This document shows, in pieces, positions 50,169 to 62,624 of a DNA stretch of 64,000 bases. Below the pieces are notes generated by a model. It had not been told where the DNA came from, did not search any database, and saw nothing but the letters and a program-made list of their open reading frames with translations. The stretch comes from Spirogloea muscicola. Its lineage: Eukaryota. The position numbers and the translations under genes are program-made. Each line of letters starts with the position of its first letter. Within the stretch, counting starts at the first letter, position 1. The stretch lies in contig WELB01000016.1 in NCBI GenBank assembly GCA_009602725.1, positions 1,153,691 through 1,217,690 of the forward strand. The letters are read 5' to 3'.

Positions 50169-52574
50169 TTGATCTCTGAGGGTGGGACCCTGGGAGGGGT
50201 GCAGGCGGAACGCTATGAGTAGTAGGCCGAGGCCAGACTGATCAACCGGACCAGTGACGCTCAGAGAGGCGCCTGCTGCGCAGCTGTTGGAGCAACTCCC
50301 GTCCAGCGGAGAGGGAGCAATAGCTGTAAAAGGTCAGCCCACAAAAAAATGGACGATTTGAAAGGCATCCGAATGTGGTTGTGAAATCTGTTGTGTAAGC
50401 TCAGAGGTCAACGGTACGGAGGGAGAGCATGCAAAGTTTCAATCCCCGTTTTGCTGCATAGAAATATAATGTATTGCTAGCCCAAGGGGGTCATGATTTG
50501 GCAGGTTTCAACATTGTGGTATTAGTATGATTGACTACCCATATTGCCAATCTACCGGCGTGGCACTGTGATAACACGCCTAGCGTCTTCCCTCTAGAAG
50601 CTGCACCACAACTTGATTTCATGTCGTCTGATGAGCAGGACATCTGTTGCAAGCTGATAATGTCAGAGCGGCGGCAAGGATAGGTGGCACTGAGTCAGAC
50701 AAGTAGTGGGCCGAGACGCAAGGATGGCGGGAGAGAAGCCCAGTGTGAGGCAGTCTGGCGGCTGCCTGCTGCCGTAGTAGCCGCCCCTGCAGATCGCTTC
50801 CAGCAGCCGGTAGCTGCTGGAAGCAGCTAAGCGTGAAGACCCTTAACGCGGGAGATGAGAACCTAGAAAGGTTGCTTTGCAAGCTCAGGATTCGGCTCCG
50901 TGGTTGTGAGTGTATGTTAGAATTGAGAAGTAAGTCAGGACAGAATCGTCGAACGCTGAACTCAAGAAGCATGTGCTGATTCGTATCCGATTCAAGAGTA
51001 GCTAGTTACAAGCTTTTTTCTGCCCCGCCAGGAGCCGTGTTATATCCCAGGACGGTCCCCCAGCGCTCCATGTCAGGCCGGGCCGCCAAGGGGCCCTTGA
51101 TAATAAGCGACTTCGGCTGGTGCTGAGAAGATAGCCGAACTTGCCACCGTCAACAAAGCGAGTCATTTACGCTCCACAGGCAACTAGAAGGAACACCACT
51201 GCCGCCCTCCTGCACGGCCTTTCTTCGATCGATGCATAACCCAACATATGGTCAATCGAGTTCCAGGTTTTGTGCAAGCCTTTTGAAGACCATAGAGGTC
51301 ACCGGATTCGACATGCTATCTCCCCCACCATCCAGACGATTACGAGTGGCTGGATAGTGCGGTCACAAGAGTAGCAAGGCGGCAGCAGTGAGGTGGCAGT
51401 GGATGTAACGATATTTACATAGCTTGAATATGAATGCAGCAATAATAGCATGACAGATGCCTGGAGACTAGACACGTCATCTGGCTCACTATAACTTGAC
51501 CGTCAGTGCCGCAGGTCAGGCTTACAATTGCCTGGAGACGGGACAAGTCACCAGGATGACGACTGGGCTGACGAATGACTCGAGGAAGATCAACATCGAG
51601 GTGGTTATATTATTCGAGCTGGGAACGGGGCAACCGGAGTTGTGACGCGAGACAGCGTGGTGCTGCGCTGAAGCCGCGATGGTAGGCAGGCAGCTGTGTG
51701 GACTACATTAATGGCACCGTTCATTGTCGTTGATGTTGACGTGGACGTCAGACCGCTCACGCTAGCCTGTTGGAAGTACACCGTCACTTGCTCTGGACGG
51801 GGCATTGACAGGGCATTGACCTGTCAGTATGACAGTGGTGGTCGACCGATGGGGGAGAATGTCGGTGGTAGACGGTTGATGGTTTCAGGTCTGGCTGCTT
51901 CTAACGTGTCGTGCAACGTCCAGTCAGGGGTCGATGCGCATCGATGCTGACACGGATGCGGTGGTGGCTGCACACGTGGATGACCGAATCAGGTCATTCA
52001 TCGGCTTGGTGTGAAGAGGAGTCGCGAGCGCGGGACCTCCCACCCGCTTTGGTCAGGAAAGGTGCCCAGCTTGCCGCCGAAGTCCCTCTTGGCAACGCTT
52101 CACGTTCAGTTGGCCGCCCAAGTCCCGCCTGACGCGGGCGCACAACCCAATCAGCTGCCCCAGTCCCGACGCGGGCGCCCACCCCGATCAGCTGGCCGCG
52201 CCAGTCCGGCCACGGCGTGCAGGCATAATTCGCCGCCCATGTCGACTTCTGACACCGGCGCACAGTGCCATCTTGCCACCCAGACCACACCAAGACAGGC
52301 CTCAACCATAGACCGAGAATGCCCACGAAAGCGCGTTTAAAGGTGTGATATACCGCGACAGCCGTGGGGAACCGGCTAGGCAGTGGTGGGGAATTGTAGG
52401 GTAAATGGCAGGAGTGAGTGAGTCTTCAATCACACTGGCCTTGAGGCTTGGGGGGATCAGATGAGCAGAATGGCCTACCTCATCAGACGATGTACTTTCC
52501 TCCTGACCAAGCACAAGGGTGTGGAGGACCGGGGCCGAGACAAGTCTCCTCGGCCCAGTCTTTCACTCTGGCTG

Positions 52575-52682
52575 TTGCCGTTGTCGCCGCCACTGCTGCC
52601 GTCGCTGCCGCCGTTGCTGCTGCTGCCGCAGCCGCTGCTGCCGCTGCCGCCGTCGCTGCTGCTGCTGCCGCTACTGCTGCCA
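52575..52682. repeat. (GCY)n trinucleotide repeat
   Basis: Imperfect GCT/GCC run. Confidence 0.9.
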
Positions 52683-53639
52683 GTGGCATTGATGCTCTGG
52701 AATGGATGCTTGTAACCTTGAGGAAGGACTTGTGTGTTGGACAGATGCTTGAGCACCCCAGCAAATTTGTTGTCATAAGGAGTGGTTTAACAGCTCAATA
52801 GTATGCCAACTCCACCCCTTTTTATCACCTATGCACAGCAGAATATGTCACAAGGTGGACCGTACATGCAGCTTCTGCTGTTTGTGTTGTGCAGAAAGCA
52901 TGCTGTACATTTGACAGATCAAATGATGGTAACAAGAGGGTCATACTGGCCAGGAGTAAAAAGTCACGAAGAACCTGTATATATGGATAAGGACACAAGT
53001 CCTAATCGCAAGACTGCACCATAGGTACTCCTCGTATGAGTGCGCATGAAGGACATGTTTTCACAGCAAGCTTTTGTGCAGACTGTCGACTGCACACTTG
53101 TACAGCTTGCAAGCGCAATCTGAGAGTTTGTACTTGGACAGTGCAGTTTGGCAAGAAGTAGTACACGTAAGTGTCAGATGGAGCGATGTGTGTAACATGC
53201 GTGCGGACATACAAGCTCAAAGACATCTACTGATTGCTTCGTGGCTATTTGAACCACTGTACTGTAGAGCTTTCTCGGGCCCCTTCGAACAGTGTTCATC
53301 CTATTTTCTGGGCAGGCTTCTCACAGCCCTCTACTGGGAGCACCTTTCCTTCTATTTCCGTTGGCCGCATTGATCTGGACCGAAGTTCCCACGAGTCTGG
53401 TTTCAGCCACTACTTACAGCCGACTTCAGCCCCTACTTCCCTTCGAAGGGGTCTCTGGAAGGCTTGCTTCAAGGCCTACGGACCCGTGGTTCCTGAGCGG
53501 GTCGACTCGCAATGGGTGATGTACGTCATAATATGCTTTCCTTTGTACTTGGCCATTTTGGCCTTCGTTTCTTTCAAATACACGAAACATTCTCAGGAGG
53601 GCGGGCTCAACGAGGGGGATACTAAGGCGAGGGCAGAAT

Positions 53640-54215
53640 CTTGAGAATCAAGCCGAGCAGCTGCCCTTCTGGAAGAAAGACTCATCCAGTAGAGGGGGAG
53701 GGCAGTGATTGGCAGTGATTGGTAAACCCAGAAACAGGAAATGAACAAAGCTCCAAGGGGCCAGAAAGCGCTGAAGCACGCAGCAACTAAAAGTGGTCAC
53801 CGGGTGGTCACATCCACTGTTGAGCAGCCGCAGGTCAGAAGATCAGTCTCCGCATAGTGGGTCCACTGCCTATAGCCAGAGGTTGCAGCCAAAGGGCGAC
53901 CAGCACGCACGCAAATGCAGAGCATGCGCCATTGACCAATGCACGACACCGACACAGGCATATGCGATACACCTGAGCGATCGAGCCCAGCGCGCTTAGA
54001 GTTAGCCTGCTCTCCTTGGCACAGCAGCTTTTACAGCCGTTCTTTGATATTAGCAGTTGCACTCCCTTAGAGACGTCGGATACCGCGCTGCCCGCTAGCC
54101 GGTGCAGGTGCTCGAGCCACCGAGCGCCGAACGCCCCGTGGCAAGGGGGAATGCATTCGTCCTCCCGCGAGTGGACGACTTCTTCAGCATGCCTTGCCTG
54201 AAAGCGGCGTTTCCT
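53640..54215 (-). mobile_element. Decayed CRE-like RLE + 3'UTR
   Basis: HSREDECIP..HGAFGARWLEHL...GSIAQVYRI. The UTR is related to 36950-37130. Confidence 0.75.
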
Positions 54216-54899
54216 GACTGCCCGAGCAGCTCCACTTCTTGCTCTCGCTCTGGCTCTCGCAGCAAGGGTCGCTCCTCCTCCGCTCAGCTCAACTAATATC
54301 CTATTAAATGACAGGGGGGTACAAGGAGCGCCTTGTCTGCTTAGCATGTGGCTTCGCTGTTGTACTCACGGACACCCTCTGCAGCACCTGACTGGCTTTT
54401 ACAGCCGCTCGTCTAATAGCAGCAGCCGCCGCATTCGTCTTTAGGAAGCAGCGTGCCTTCGCGTCACATCGCCCGGCAGGCGCGTCACGCCGCGCGTCAC
54501 ACTGCGCGTCACCAGAGCGTCACCCACGCGTCACGCTGCGCGTCACTGGGGCGCTGGAGGACGCCGATACTGCGCCGCGCCACCGATATTCCCTGTTAGC
54601 GTTAAGTCGAGCTGGAATGCCCTTAACGGTGGGAATGTCACAGTTACGCACAACGCAAGGCACATCTAGGCTAGCCACCTCCCTCACCGCCGACCTTCTA
54701 AGTCTTGCGCGGGAAGCTTTTCTGGCCAGCGGGCTACGTTTTGTTCGTCTTGTTGCGCCGCCCTTGTCCCCTACGGCGGGCACTAATCCGGAGGCGCAGC
54801 GTGGCGTGCACGCACAACGGGCCCCGCTGTTATGCCGCCGCGGGCCCACTTGCAGGTGGGCGACCCAGAGTCGGAGAAGCTGCTCCTCTAGAAAGAAGG

Positions 54900-55142
54900 T
54901 GCTCGCCCATTGAGAAGAGGGGCTGGCAAAGCCAACCCAAAAAGAATGGACAATGTTCAAAGCCAAAGAAAGAGGTGCTGAAAAAGGACTACACTACAAA
55001 GTGCAAGATGGTGCAGAGGGAGATGCAGATGGCTGCTCAGAATCCACGTGTGAGCAACAGCAGATCAGAGTAACTCGGAGCAGGAGAAGCGGCACTTTGC
55101 CGAGACCCGGAAGCAGCAGCCATAGCACGGCCAGCCCGCGCG
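54900..55142 (-). mobile_element. Subfamily E 3' end
   Basis: RAGRAMAAASGS...DLLLLTRG, with a UTR matching 57292-57400. Confidence 0.85.
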
Positions 55143-55350
55143 NNNNNNNNNNNNNNNNNNNNNNNNNNNNNNNNNNNNNNNNNNNNNNNNNNNNNNNNNN
55201 NNNNNNNNNNNNNNNNNNNNNNNNNNNNNNNNNNNNNNNNNNNNNNNNNNNNNNNNNNNNNNNNNNNNNNNNNNNNNNNNNNNNNNNNNNNNNNNNNNNN
55301 NNNNNNNNNNNNNNNNNNNNNNNNNNNNNNNNNNNNNNNNNNNNNNNNNN

Positions 55351-56105
55351 CTGCGGCTGCTTAGCAGGGGTTACTGAGTGTCTCGTAGCAGCTTTGTTTC
55401 TGTTACTTAGCGCTTCCCCTGGCCCCCTTCTCGTACTCTGTTCATTCTTTTTCGGGCTGGTTGTTCCAGCCCCTATTCTCAATGGGCGAGCACTTTCCTC
55501 TAAGTGAGCCTTTGTGTCGGCAGAGCCCTCGCATCTCCGACCTGCGGCTGCTTAGCAGAGGTTACTGAGTGATTCGAAGCTGCTTTGTTTCGTAGCAGCT
55601 TTGTTTCTGTTACTTAGCGCTTCCCCTGGCCCCCTTCTCGTACTCTGTTCATTCTTTTTCGGGCTGGTTGTTCCAGCCCCTATTCTCAATGGGCGAGCAC
55701 TTTCTTCTTTTCTGTTTCTTAGCGCTTCCCCTGGCCCCCTTCTCGTACTCTGTTCATTCTTTTTCGGGCTGGTTTTTCCAGCCCCTATTCTCAATGGGCG
55801 AGCGCGCTTCCCCTGGCCCCCTTCTCGTACTCTGTTCATTCTTTTTCGGGCTGGTTTTTCCAGCCCCTATTCTCAATGGGCGAGCACTTCATCGCTGCTG
55901 CCTCTGGCTCTGGCCAGGGGACCCACTTCCACGAGCCTAGCATCTTCGACCTGCGGCTGCTTAGCAGAGGTTACTGAGTGATTCGTAGCTGCTTTGTTTC
56001 TCTGTGTGCTTGTTTTTCTTAGCGCTTCCCCTGGCCCCTTTCTCGTACTCTGTTTATTCTTTTTTGGGCTGGCTTTTCCAGCCCCTATTCTCAATGGGCG
56101 AGCAC
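55351..56105 (+). repeat. Head-to-tail array of five subfamily B 3'UTRs
   Basis: Units ending cccctattctcaatgggcgagc at about 55490, 55697, 55803, 55885 and 56103, each with a different 5' truncation. Confidence 0.92.
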
Positions 56106-56834
56106 CTCCCCCTGCTCGCGTGTGGGTAAGTGAGCAGCGCTAAGGTCAGGGCGATGGTTGTGCAAGAGATGTAACTCCATGTCGTGCTATATCCTGTCGA
56201 CTGCCTATTTGTGTCGATCTGACTAGGACAGCTGACTGGGCTTCACACGTGGCCTCCTAGGCTAACTCATCCACTTTTGTGTGTGATTCACGCTAAGGAT
56301 GGAGGACCACTTTTCTCCCTATGTGGCTCCTAGGCTGGTTCATACACTTATGTGTGTGATTTACGCTAACAATGGAGGACCACCCATCTCTGTCTCTCTC
56401 TTCCTTCCTCTCTCTCTCTCTCGGCGACAACAATGACCTCAACCGCTCATCAAATGCGGACAACAACAACGACGGCGACCGCTCGTCAAATGCGCACTAC
56501 AACCACGGAGCGACTACAAGGATGAAAGCCCACGCGCGACGCCGACCGTTAGAAGACCGTTCAAAGCGCAACGAGGGAAGCCCATCTAGAGGTACCTCAA
56601 CCATCCACAAGACCGTGAACGTGGACGCAGTTGAAGCGGTGGCGGGGGGAATGTGGAACGGACGGCTGACGATGCCCATCTTACGGTGGAGTTGACCCCT
56701 GCGACAGGTGACGGCTAAAATGGGGTTGAGCGGTAATGGACGTTACTGGCAAGCTGCGTGCATGTGAGACTGGTTGTAGGTTTTGCATTGTCTGCCAGAA
56801 TGTCTGATACAAGAGCAGGAGCCCTCTATATAGA

Positions 56835-57680
56835 GGAGGGGCTGGCAAAGCCTGAAAATTTTCCTGGGCTGCGTGCTCTTGTACCTGCTCCTGTACCTGT
56901 CCCTGTGTGTTGTACACAGCGTTTTCAGAGTCTGCATTCCTCCAGTCCTGCTCCTCCATTGGACGTCCTCCAGGTCCAGCAGATCGCCCTCGTTGAGGCG
57001 GCGGCCCAGCAGAGCGACCTCGTCGCAGTGGCTCAGATGCAGATGTGCTCATGACGGCAAATAGATTTAGATCTCAGACAGACAGTCAGACAGCACGGGC
57101 TCCGCCCTCACCCAAGGTGGGTGGCAGCCATGGCTAGGGCGCACGGGCGCGTGGCCGCGTGGCTTCAGATGTAGAGTGTATTGACCGGTGCCCGAGGCCT
57201 CCTTATCCAGGGGAGACTTTAAGGGCCCAATGAGACGGGCGGGATGTCACCCACCCCGACCCGCCGATTCAACATATTACAATATTCAACAAAGCCAACC
57301 CAAAAAGAATGGACAATGTTCAAAGCCAAAGAAAGAAGTGCCGAAAAAGGACTACACTACAAAATGCAAGACGGTGCAGAGGGAGATGCAGATGGATGCT
57401 CAGTATCCACGTGTGAGCAACAGCAGATCAAAGTAACTCGGAGCAGGAAAAGCGGCCTTCTGCCGAGACCCGGAAGCAGCCGCCATAGCACGGCCAGCGC
57501 GCGCGTGGACCGCATGAGCCAAAGAGCGCTGTAGCGAGACCGCCAGCCTCATCCGAAAGACCTGCGCGAGGGAGCCGGCAGCATCGAAGCCTGGCGAACC
57601 CTGCCGCCGCTCGATGGCCTCCCGGGCAAGCCGCTGGAGGAGATCTGTATACGAGGGTCTCCGACGCGGTGCCGCCGACA
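56835..57680 (-). mobile_element. Subfamily E 3' end interrupted by a solo LTR
   Basis: AAGSLAQVFRMRLAVSLQRSLAHAVHARAGRAMAAASG...DLLLLTRGY* (stop 57400). Confidence 0.88.
56853..57291 (-). mobile_element. Ty1/Copia solo LTR with 5-bp TSD
   Basis: Minus strand TGTTGAATA...TTTTCA, with AAGCC on both sides (56848-56852, 57292-57296). Homologous to LTR 16009-16572. The empty-site sequence is visible at 54920-54945. Confidence 0.93.
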
Positions 57681-58487
57681 GGGCCAGGTGCCCTGTACCT
57701 TCGCCTGGCGGTTGCTGTGGTGGTGCCACCGCCAGGGCAGGTGCCTGCAACCTCTGCCAGGTGGTGGCAGTGGTGCCCAGATAGTAACACGTGCCTGCTA
57801 GAAGTGTCGGCCAAGCCCAAGCATCGTCTCTACAATTAGATATGATTAGGCTAAGATACGTCTGCATAACTCCACTAATGTGACGTGTCCGTCACACGGC
57901 CACAACAATCGGCCATCCAGCTAACTAAGCAGCGTAGCCAACGGCCAAACCGGGCCTATCAGGCAGCGCTAATATCTTCGCCAAGTCGGGGGCGAGCGGC
58001 CCTTGCAAAGCGGACTTGCAAGGTTTACCCTCTTGTCGCGAGCCACGCCTGCGCCAACGCCGCGCCATAGAAGCGTAGAGCCTAGGGAAGGAGCCGTAGC
58101 AGCTAGTAAATCTTCGCACGGACCCGCTACCCGACTGCAAGAAGTCGTGGTGATTCTGTGGTGAGCAGCCTTGTGTGTTGTGCTGCGTATCACAAGCTTT
58201 ACACTAGTTTGAGCACTACTTCTCAGATTGCATTAGTTAAGGCTGTGCATTGGCATCATCATCGATTGGTATTCACTGACCTTGCACAAGACTTCATCTT
58301 GTAAACAAGGGACTGCACATTTGCTTGTGTATGTTCTTTTATATTGCTCGCATTTCAAGATACACTCGTATGCTCGCATCGCACCATCGGACCGGTAAAC
58401 AGTGGCCACGAGTCACCTAGTTCTGGATACTCAATACAACCACTCAGTAGACAGTCCATCACTCTTATACTTGCAAAGCGGAATTAT

Positions 58488-58560
58488 GTCTTAGTGTGGA
58501 CTCGTGTCTTAGTGCTGGACTCGTGTCTAAGTGCTGGACTCCTGTCTTAGCGCTGGACTC
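58488..58560. repeat. Four copies of a ~19-bp tandem repeat
   Basis: gtcttagtgctggactcgt variants upstream of the gag-like ORF. Confidence 0.85.
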
Positions 58561-58729
58561 TCTAGCACGGCTCTTGAGCTTGACTTCTATTGTATTGGAC
58601 TGTTTTCATACCATTGCTTAGGACTTTGCTCAAGACTGCTAGTGTGACTGTTCCTTCTGAGTTTGATCGATTCTGGTATGAGAGAGAAACTGTTGTTGAA
58701 TATCCGACCTACCTCTCACTAGCTATTGC

Positions 58730-59412
58730 ATGAACTTGAGGTTAGTTAAGCAAGTCGTCAATCTGGACGAGATAAGTAGCACAGATCAGGTTGACACTGA
58801 CCAATCTACGCCTGTGGTATCTGGGGCCTTGGTTGAGGCAGGTCCTGTCTTGACACTTCCTCATGTTCAGAGGAGGATCAGTATGGCGTCAGGAAACTTG
58901 CCAAATTTCCAAGGTACAAAAGGTAATACTTCTCTAGTTGAAGTTGAAACTCATTTCCTTGCAGACCTATGCCAACTGGACCTAAAGGGGTATCAGGTGA
59001 GCAGAGAGGCAAAGATCACTCTCTTAGCAAACTATTTCACTGGTCATGCGGGACACATGTATCGCAAGATCAGGCATGAGGTTCTGACCATACGAATACC
59101 AGTCGCAGAGATCGCAACTGACATAGAAAAGCTGGCAGGTCCTCAACTTCTTGAGGATCCTGTGGTAGAAATATTCAAACAGTTTGCTAAGCAGTTCCAT
59201 GAGAATTCAATAAGTTATAGACAGGAACTCTTGAGGGAAAAAAAAAAAAGCCGTGAAGCTGAACAATTGATAACAGCCTGTTATTGCCGTTATGTTAGGT
59301 TGATAGAGCAGTTGGGAAATACCATCAGCCAACAGGATTTAGCAGCACAATTCTTACTTGTGGTAGCTGGTGAAGCTCTGGGGCGTGTAAAGAATCTCCT
59401 GATGATGCACAG
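58730..59412 (+). mobile_element. Ty3/Gypsy-like gag fragment, cut by the LTR at 59413
   Basis: LPNFQG...KITLLANYFTGHAGHMY...FAKQF...YVRLIEQLG resembles the retrotransposon gag pattern. A possible LTR lies at 57879-58194 (TGTGA...TCACA). Confidence 0.6.
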
Positions 59413-60183
59413 TGTCGTGCCTGCCCGTATAGCGCTCACAATACGTCGAAGTGCCACACCTGAAGCCCCGCCTACAGGCCAGACTCTGCTAGGCAGCAGC
59501 AGCCTGCCCTGCATGGCCTCACTACCAGATGAGCAGACCTGCAAAGAATGTGGCAGAAGAGTCACCACACCAACGCAGTACTCGCACCTCGCCTCTCTCT
59601 CTCGCTTGCGTCGTCACCCCCGCCGGGGGATCTCTCGCCGCTTCGGCCCCCTGACAAACCTGGCTCGGAGCTTCAACCTGTGCTGCGCCAAACCCTGCCA
59701 ACCCTTGCCGGCGGCTGCGGCGGCGCGCTAGGTTCTTTCTCCACGGAGGGACTTGCGGAGAGATGCCCTCTCTCGATCTCTTAAGAGCCCACCCCGCGAG
59801 GGGGGGTCAAGGCAGTAGGTACAGGGACACGCGGCGCCCCGGGGCTCTCCAGCCCGCCCATACAGGTTGCGCCCTAATCAGCGAGTCACCCCATGGGTTA
59901 CCCCCGCTGAGGTTCCCTATACCACCTTCCTACCTGAGATATCTAACCAGGGTTAGCCCTGGTCGGTTCCGCCTAACCACCCTCTAGCCGACGCTACAAC
60001 GACGCTCTGCGCCCGGGCATGACAGCTGTCGTGCCTGCCCGTATAGCGCTCACAATACGTCGAAGTGCCACACCTGAAGCCCCGCCTACAGGCCAGACTC
60101 TGCTTGGCAGCAGCAGCCTGCCCTGCATGGCCTCACTACCAGATGAGCAGACCTGCAAAGAATGTGGCAGAAGAGTCACCACA
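59413..60183 (-). repeat. Two 157-bp LTRs (59413-59569, 60027-60183) separated by 457 bp
   Basis: TGT...ACA termini with one mismatch between copies. A G-run PPT abuts 60183 on the minus strand. Confidence 0.9.
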
Positions 60184-60253
60184 CCCCCCCCCAGCTGCCT
60201 GGATCCGAGGCAGCTGCATCCTCTGAGGGTTAAGCATCCTAACTATGACAGCG

Positions 60254-61700
60254 CTATGCGCAGCGCGGACAGAACCACTGCCCGGCCGGCACCTCAGCAA
60301 GAGGTGGCTGCAAGCAGCCAGTGTGCCACCCTTCGTTGCAGCGGTTGCATAGCAGCATGGGCGGCTCAGTGTTCAAGCCGCCACACACTTGACACCTCAT
60401 TCCCTCCGTCGTCCACGCCAAGGTGTAGTCGATAGTGCAGTCCAGGTCGGGAAGATGGCACGGCGCACAGTTGCGCTGGTGCTCTGCGACAGTGGATCCA
60501 CACCGGCCCTGCAGCAGCAGCACGCCGCTGGGCCTCACCTCCTTCACTTGCAGGACGACCCGCCGGACACCCGCGTCCAAGGTGCTGCGCTGCCGGCGCT
60601 GCACATACACGTAGTCGCCCCTCTCAAACTTCATCACCCGTGGCTGGTACTTGCCCGACCGCACCTGCGCGTAGCGCAGCTTGTCGCAATGCTGCGCCAT
60701 TGCCAAGTTGTCTATCGCCAACCCCTGCGGAAGAGCCTCCCGCGCTCCTCGCAGATCGCCACCCAGCGCCCTGGGCTGTTCATGTCCACCACTGGCTCCA
60801 CCCGCGGTCGGATGGCAGCTGGCAGCAGAAGATGCCTGCCAAAGAGCAAGAAGTACGGCGAGTAGCTCGCCAACGCCGCCTGCTTACTCATTCGGTACCC
60901 CATCAGCAACCAGGGGAGGAAACAACCCCAATCCCTGGTGTCCCTCTCCAGGCAGAACTTTCGCAGTCCCCTCTTCACTGTCTGAACCATCCGCTCCGCC
61001 AGCCCGTCTGCCTGCGGGTTGTTGCGCGAGGTCGTCCTGTGGTCGATCAAGGCCTCCTCCAACAGCTCGTCGAATGCGCCGCGGAACTCGGTACCGCCAT
61101 CAGTGAGCACCTCAGCGCAGGCCCCAAAGGGGCACAACACCCGATCCAGGAATCAAGCTGCGATCAGCGAGCTGGACTTGTCCGGGATGGCAACCACTTC
61201 TACCCACTTGCTTGCATGCTCCACCATGATCAAGATGTAGCGCAGCCCACGCTTTGCAAGTGGCAGCTCGCCTGCAAGATCAAGACTCCACCTGTAGAAG
61301 AGTCCGTTGATGGGGAGTGGATGCAGCTGCACGCTGCGCACTGTGAGGTTGGCTCGGACGCGGTCGCAGGCCTGGCACCGCGCCACCACCGCAGCCACAT
61401 CCCTGGCCATCCCCTTCCACCAGTGACCACACGCCACCAGGCTGTCGTCCTCTTCACCCCAAGTGCCCAAGCAGCTCGTGCTGCTGCAGCACCAACGGCG
61501 TCCGCTCCGCTGGCCTGGGCACCACTCTCTCCCCACCATCCTTCTTCAACCGCAGCAGGTGGCCCTCGCGCCACCGGTACCGTTGCGCCCGCTGCTGCAC
61601 CCGGTCTTTGCTCGCCTTGCTCCTCCCCAACGGATGTTCAGGCCGTTGGAGGTACTCCAGCACCTCCAGGTCGCTCCACACGTCCGGATCACCCCCAGCC
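60254..61700 (-). mobile_element. Ty3/Gypsy integrase with C-terminal PHD finger, frameshifted
   Basis: HHCC (QHELLGH...CQAC), core (SLDLAG...TDGGTEF...PQADGLAER) and PHD (CQVC...MLLCNRCNEGWHTGCLQPPL..VPAGQWFCPRC). Confidence 0.93.
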
Positions 61701-62624
61701 GGCGATGGCTGTGAATTGCCAGCCAAAAAGAGGTCTGAAGTAAGTTCGAAGGGGGCCAGAAAAGTGCTAAGCGAAGGGCCAGCGCCCTTCGCTTAGCAGA
61801 AGAAGTGCGCGCCCACAAAAAATAGGGGCTGGGAAAGGTCAGCCCCAAAAATGAATGAACGAATGGCAAAGGGGCCATGGGGAAGGGCTAAAGCTAGCAC
61901 ATATGAAATCAAGCAGCTAAGAAATACTCAGTAACACTCACCTACGTCCGCTTCTGGAGCTGCTAGAGAAAGAAACAGCTATTCCAATCTACGGCATTGG
62001 CATTGAGAGGCCAGCCCAGAGAAACGTACAAGATCTGAAAGGGCCGGAAGGCGGCAAAAGCAGGATACTCATGCAAACGGGCGCGCCTCAAGAACCTGAG
62101 AGGACAGGACTTCGTCGTGACCAGCGCAGCGCCGACGCGGCGTCGCCGCCTCGCTTGGTAGATTCCGAGCGCGGGGCCCACGCGTGACGGGCGGCCCCGT
62201 CTGTAGTGGTGGCGGGCGAGACGACCACTCCTGGAGGACGCGGCGCTACAAGCGGGCAGACACCCCAGCCGGCGGCGCATGTTCACAGAGAATCAGATCT
62301 CGAGCTGCCGCCATGTCTCCAGGGTGTGCGTCAGTGCGAATGTGGCGAGCGAGGGGCCGAGCCTGGGGAGCTGGCCGCTCATGTTCTGCGCTGCACCCAC
62401 GGCGGCGAGCGGACAGCGGTTCACGACCGCCTCCGCGATGCGATGCATGGTATCCTGGTGGAGGCTGGCTTCGCGGTGGCAGCGGAGACGTCCGCCGTCA
62501 TGCCGCTCCAGGAAAGGGCCAACGGTCTCCACGCTTGCCGCCTAGACCTGGTGGCCACCCCACAGGCCGGCGGGCCGCGTCTTATCCTGGACGTGGTGAC
62601 TACCGACGCTTACGACCGCTCCCA
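61700..62624 (+). repeat. Duplicate of 19503-20420 (minus-strand UTR stack + subfamily B internal part)
   Basis: Collinear high identity by eye. Confidence 0.9.

Noticed and set aside
50567..51366. TGTGA...TCACA candidate solo LTR (also 36462-36611)
   Set aside because: No TSD, PBS or second copy in the window.
52448..52801. Poly-Ala/poly-Ser ORFs
   Set aside because: By-products of a GCY microsatellite.
55351..56105. CRISPR-like array
   Set aside because: The units are variably truncated retroelement UTRs, with no unique spacers and no cas genes.
59525..59548. CAGATGA-GCAG-AC-CTGC-AAA in the Gypsy LTR as a hammerhead
   Set aside because: Both conserved core boxes (CUGANGA, GAAA) are violated.
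59413..59731. C-terminal third of the 333-aa ORF 58730-59731 as real protein
   Set aside because: It is read-through into an antisense LTR of a different element.
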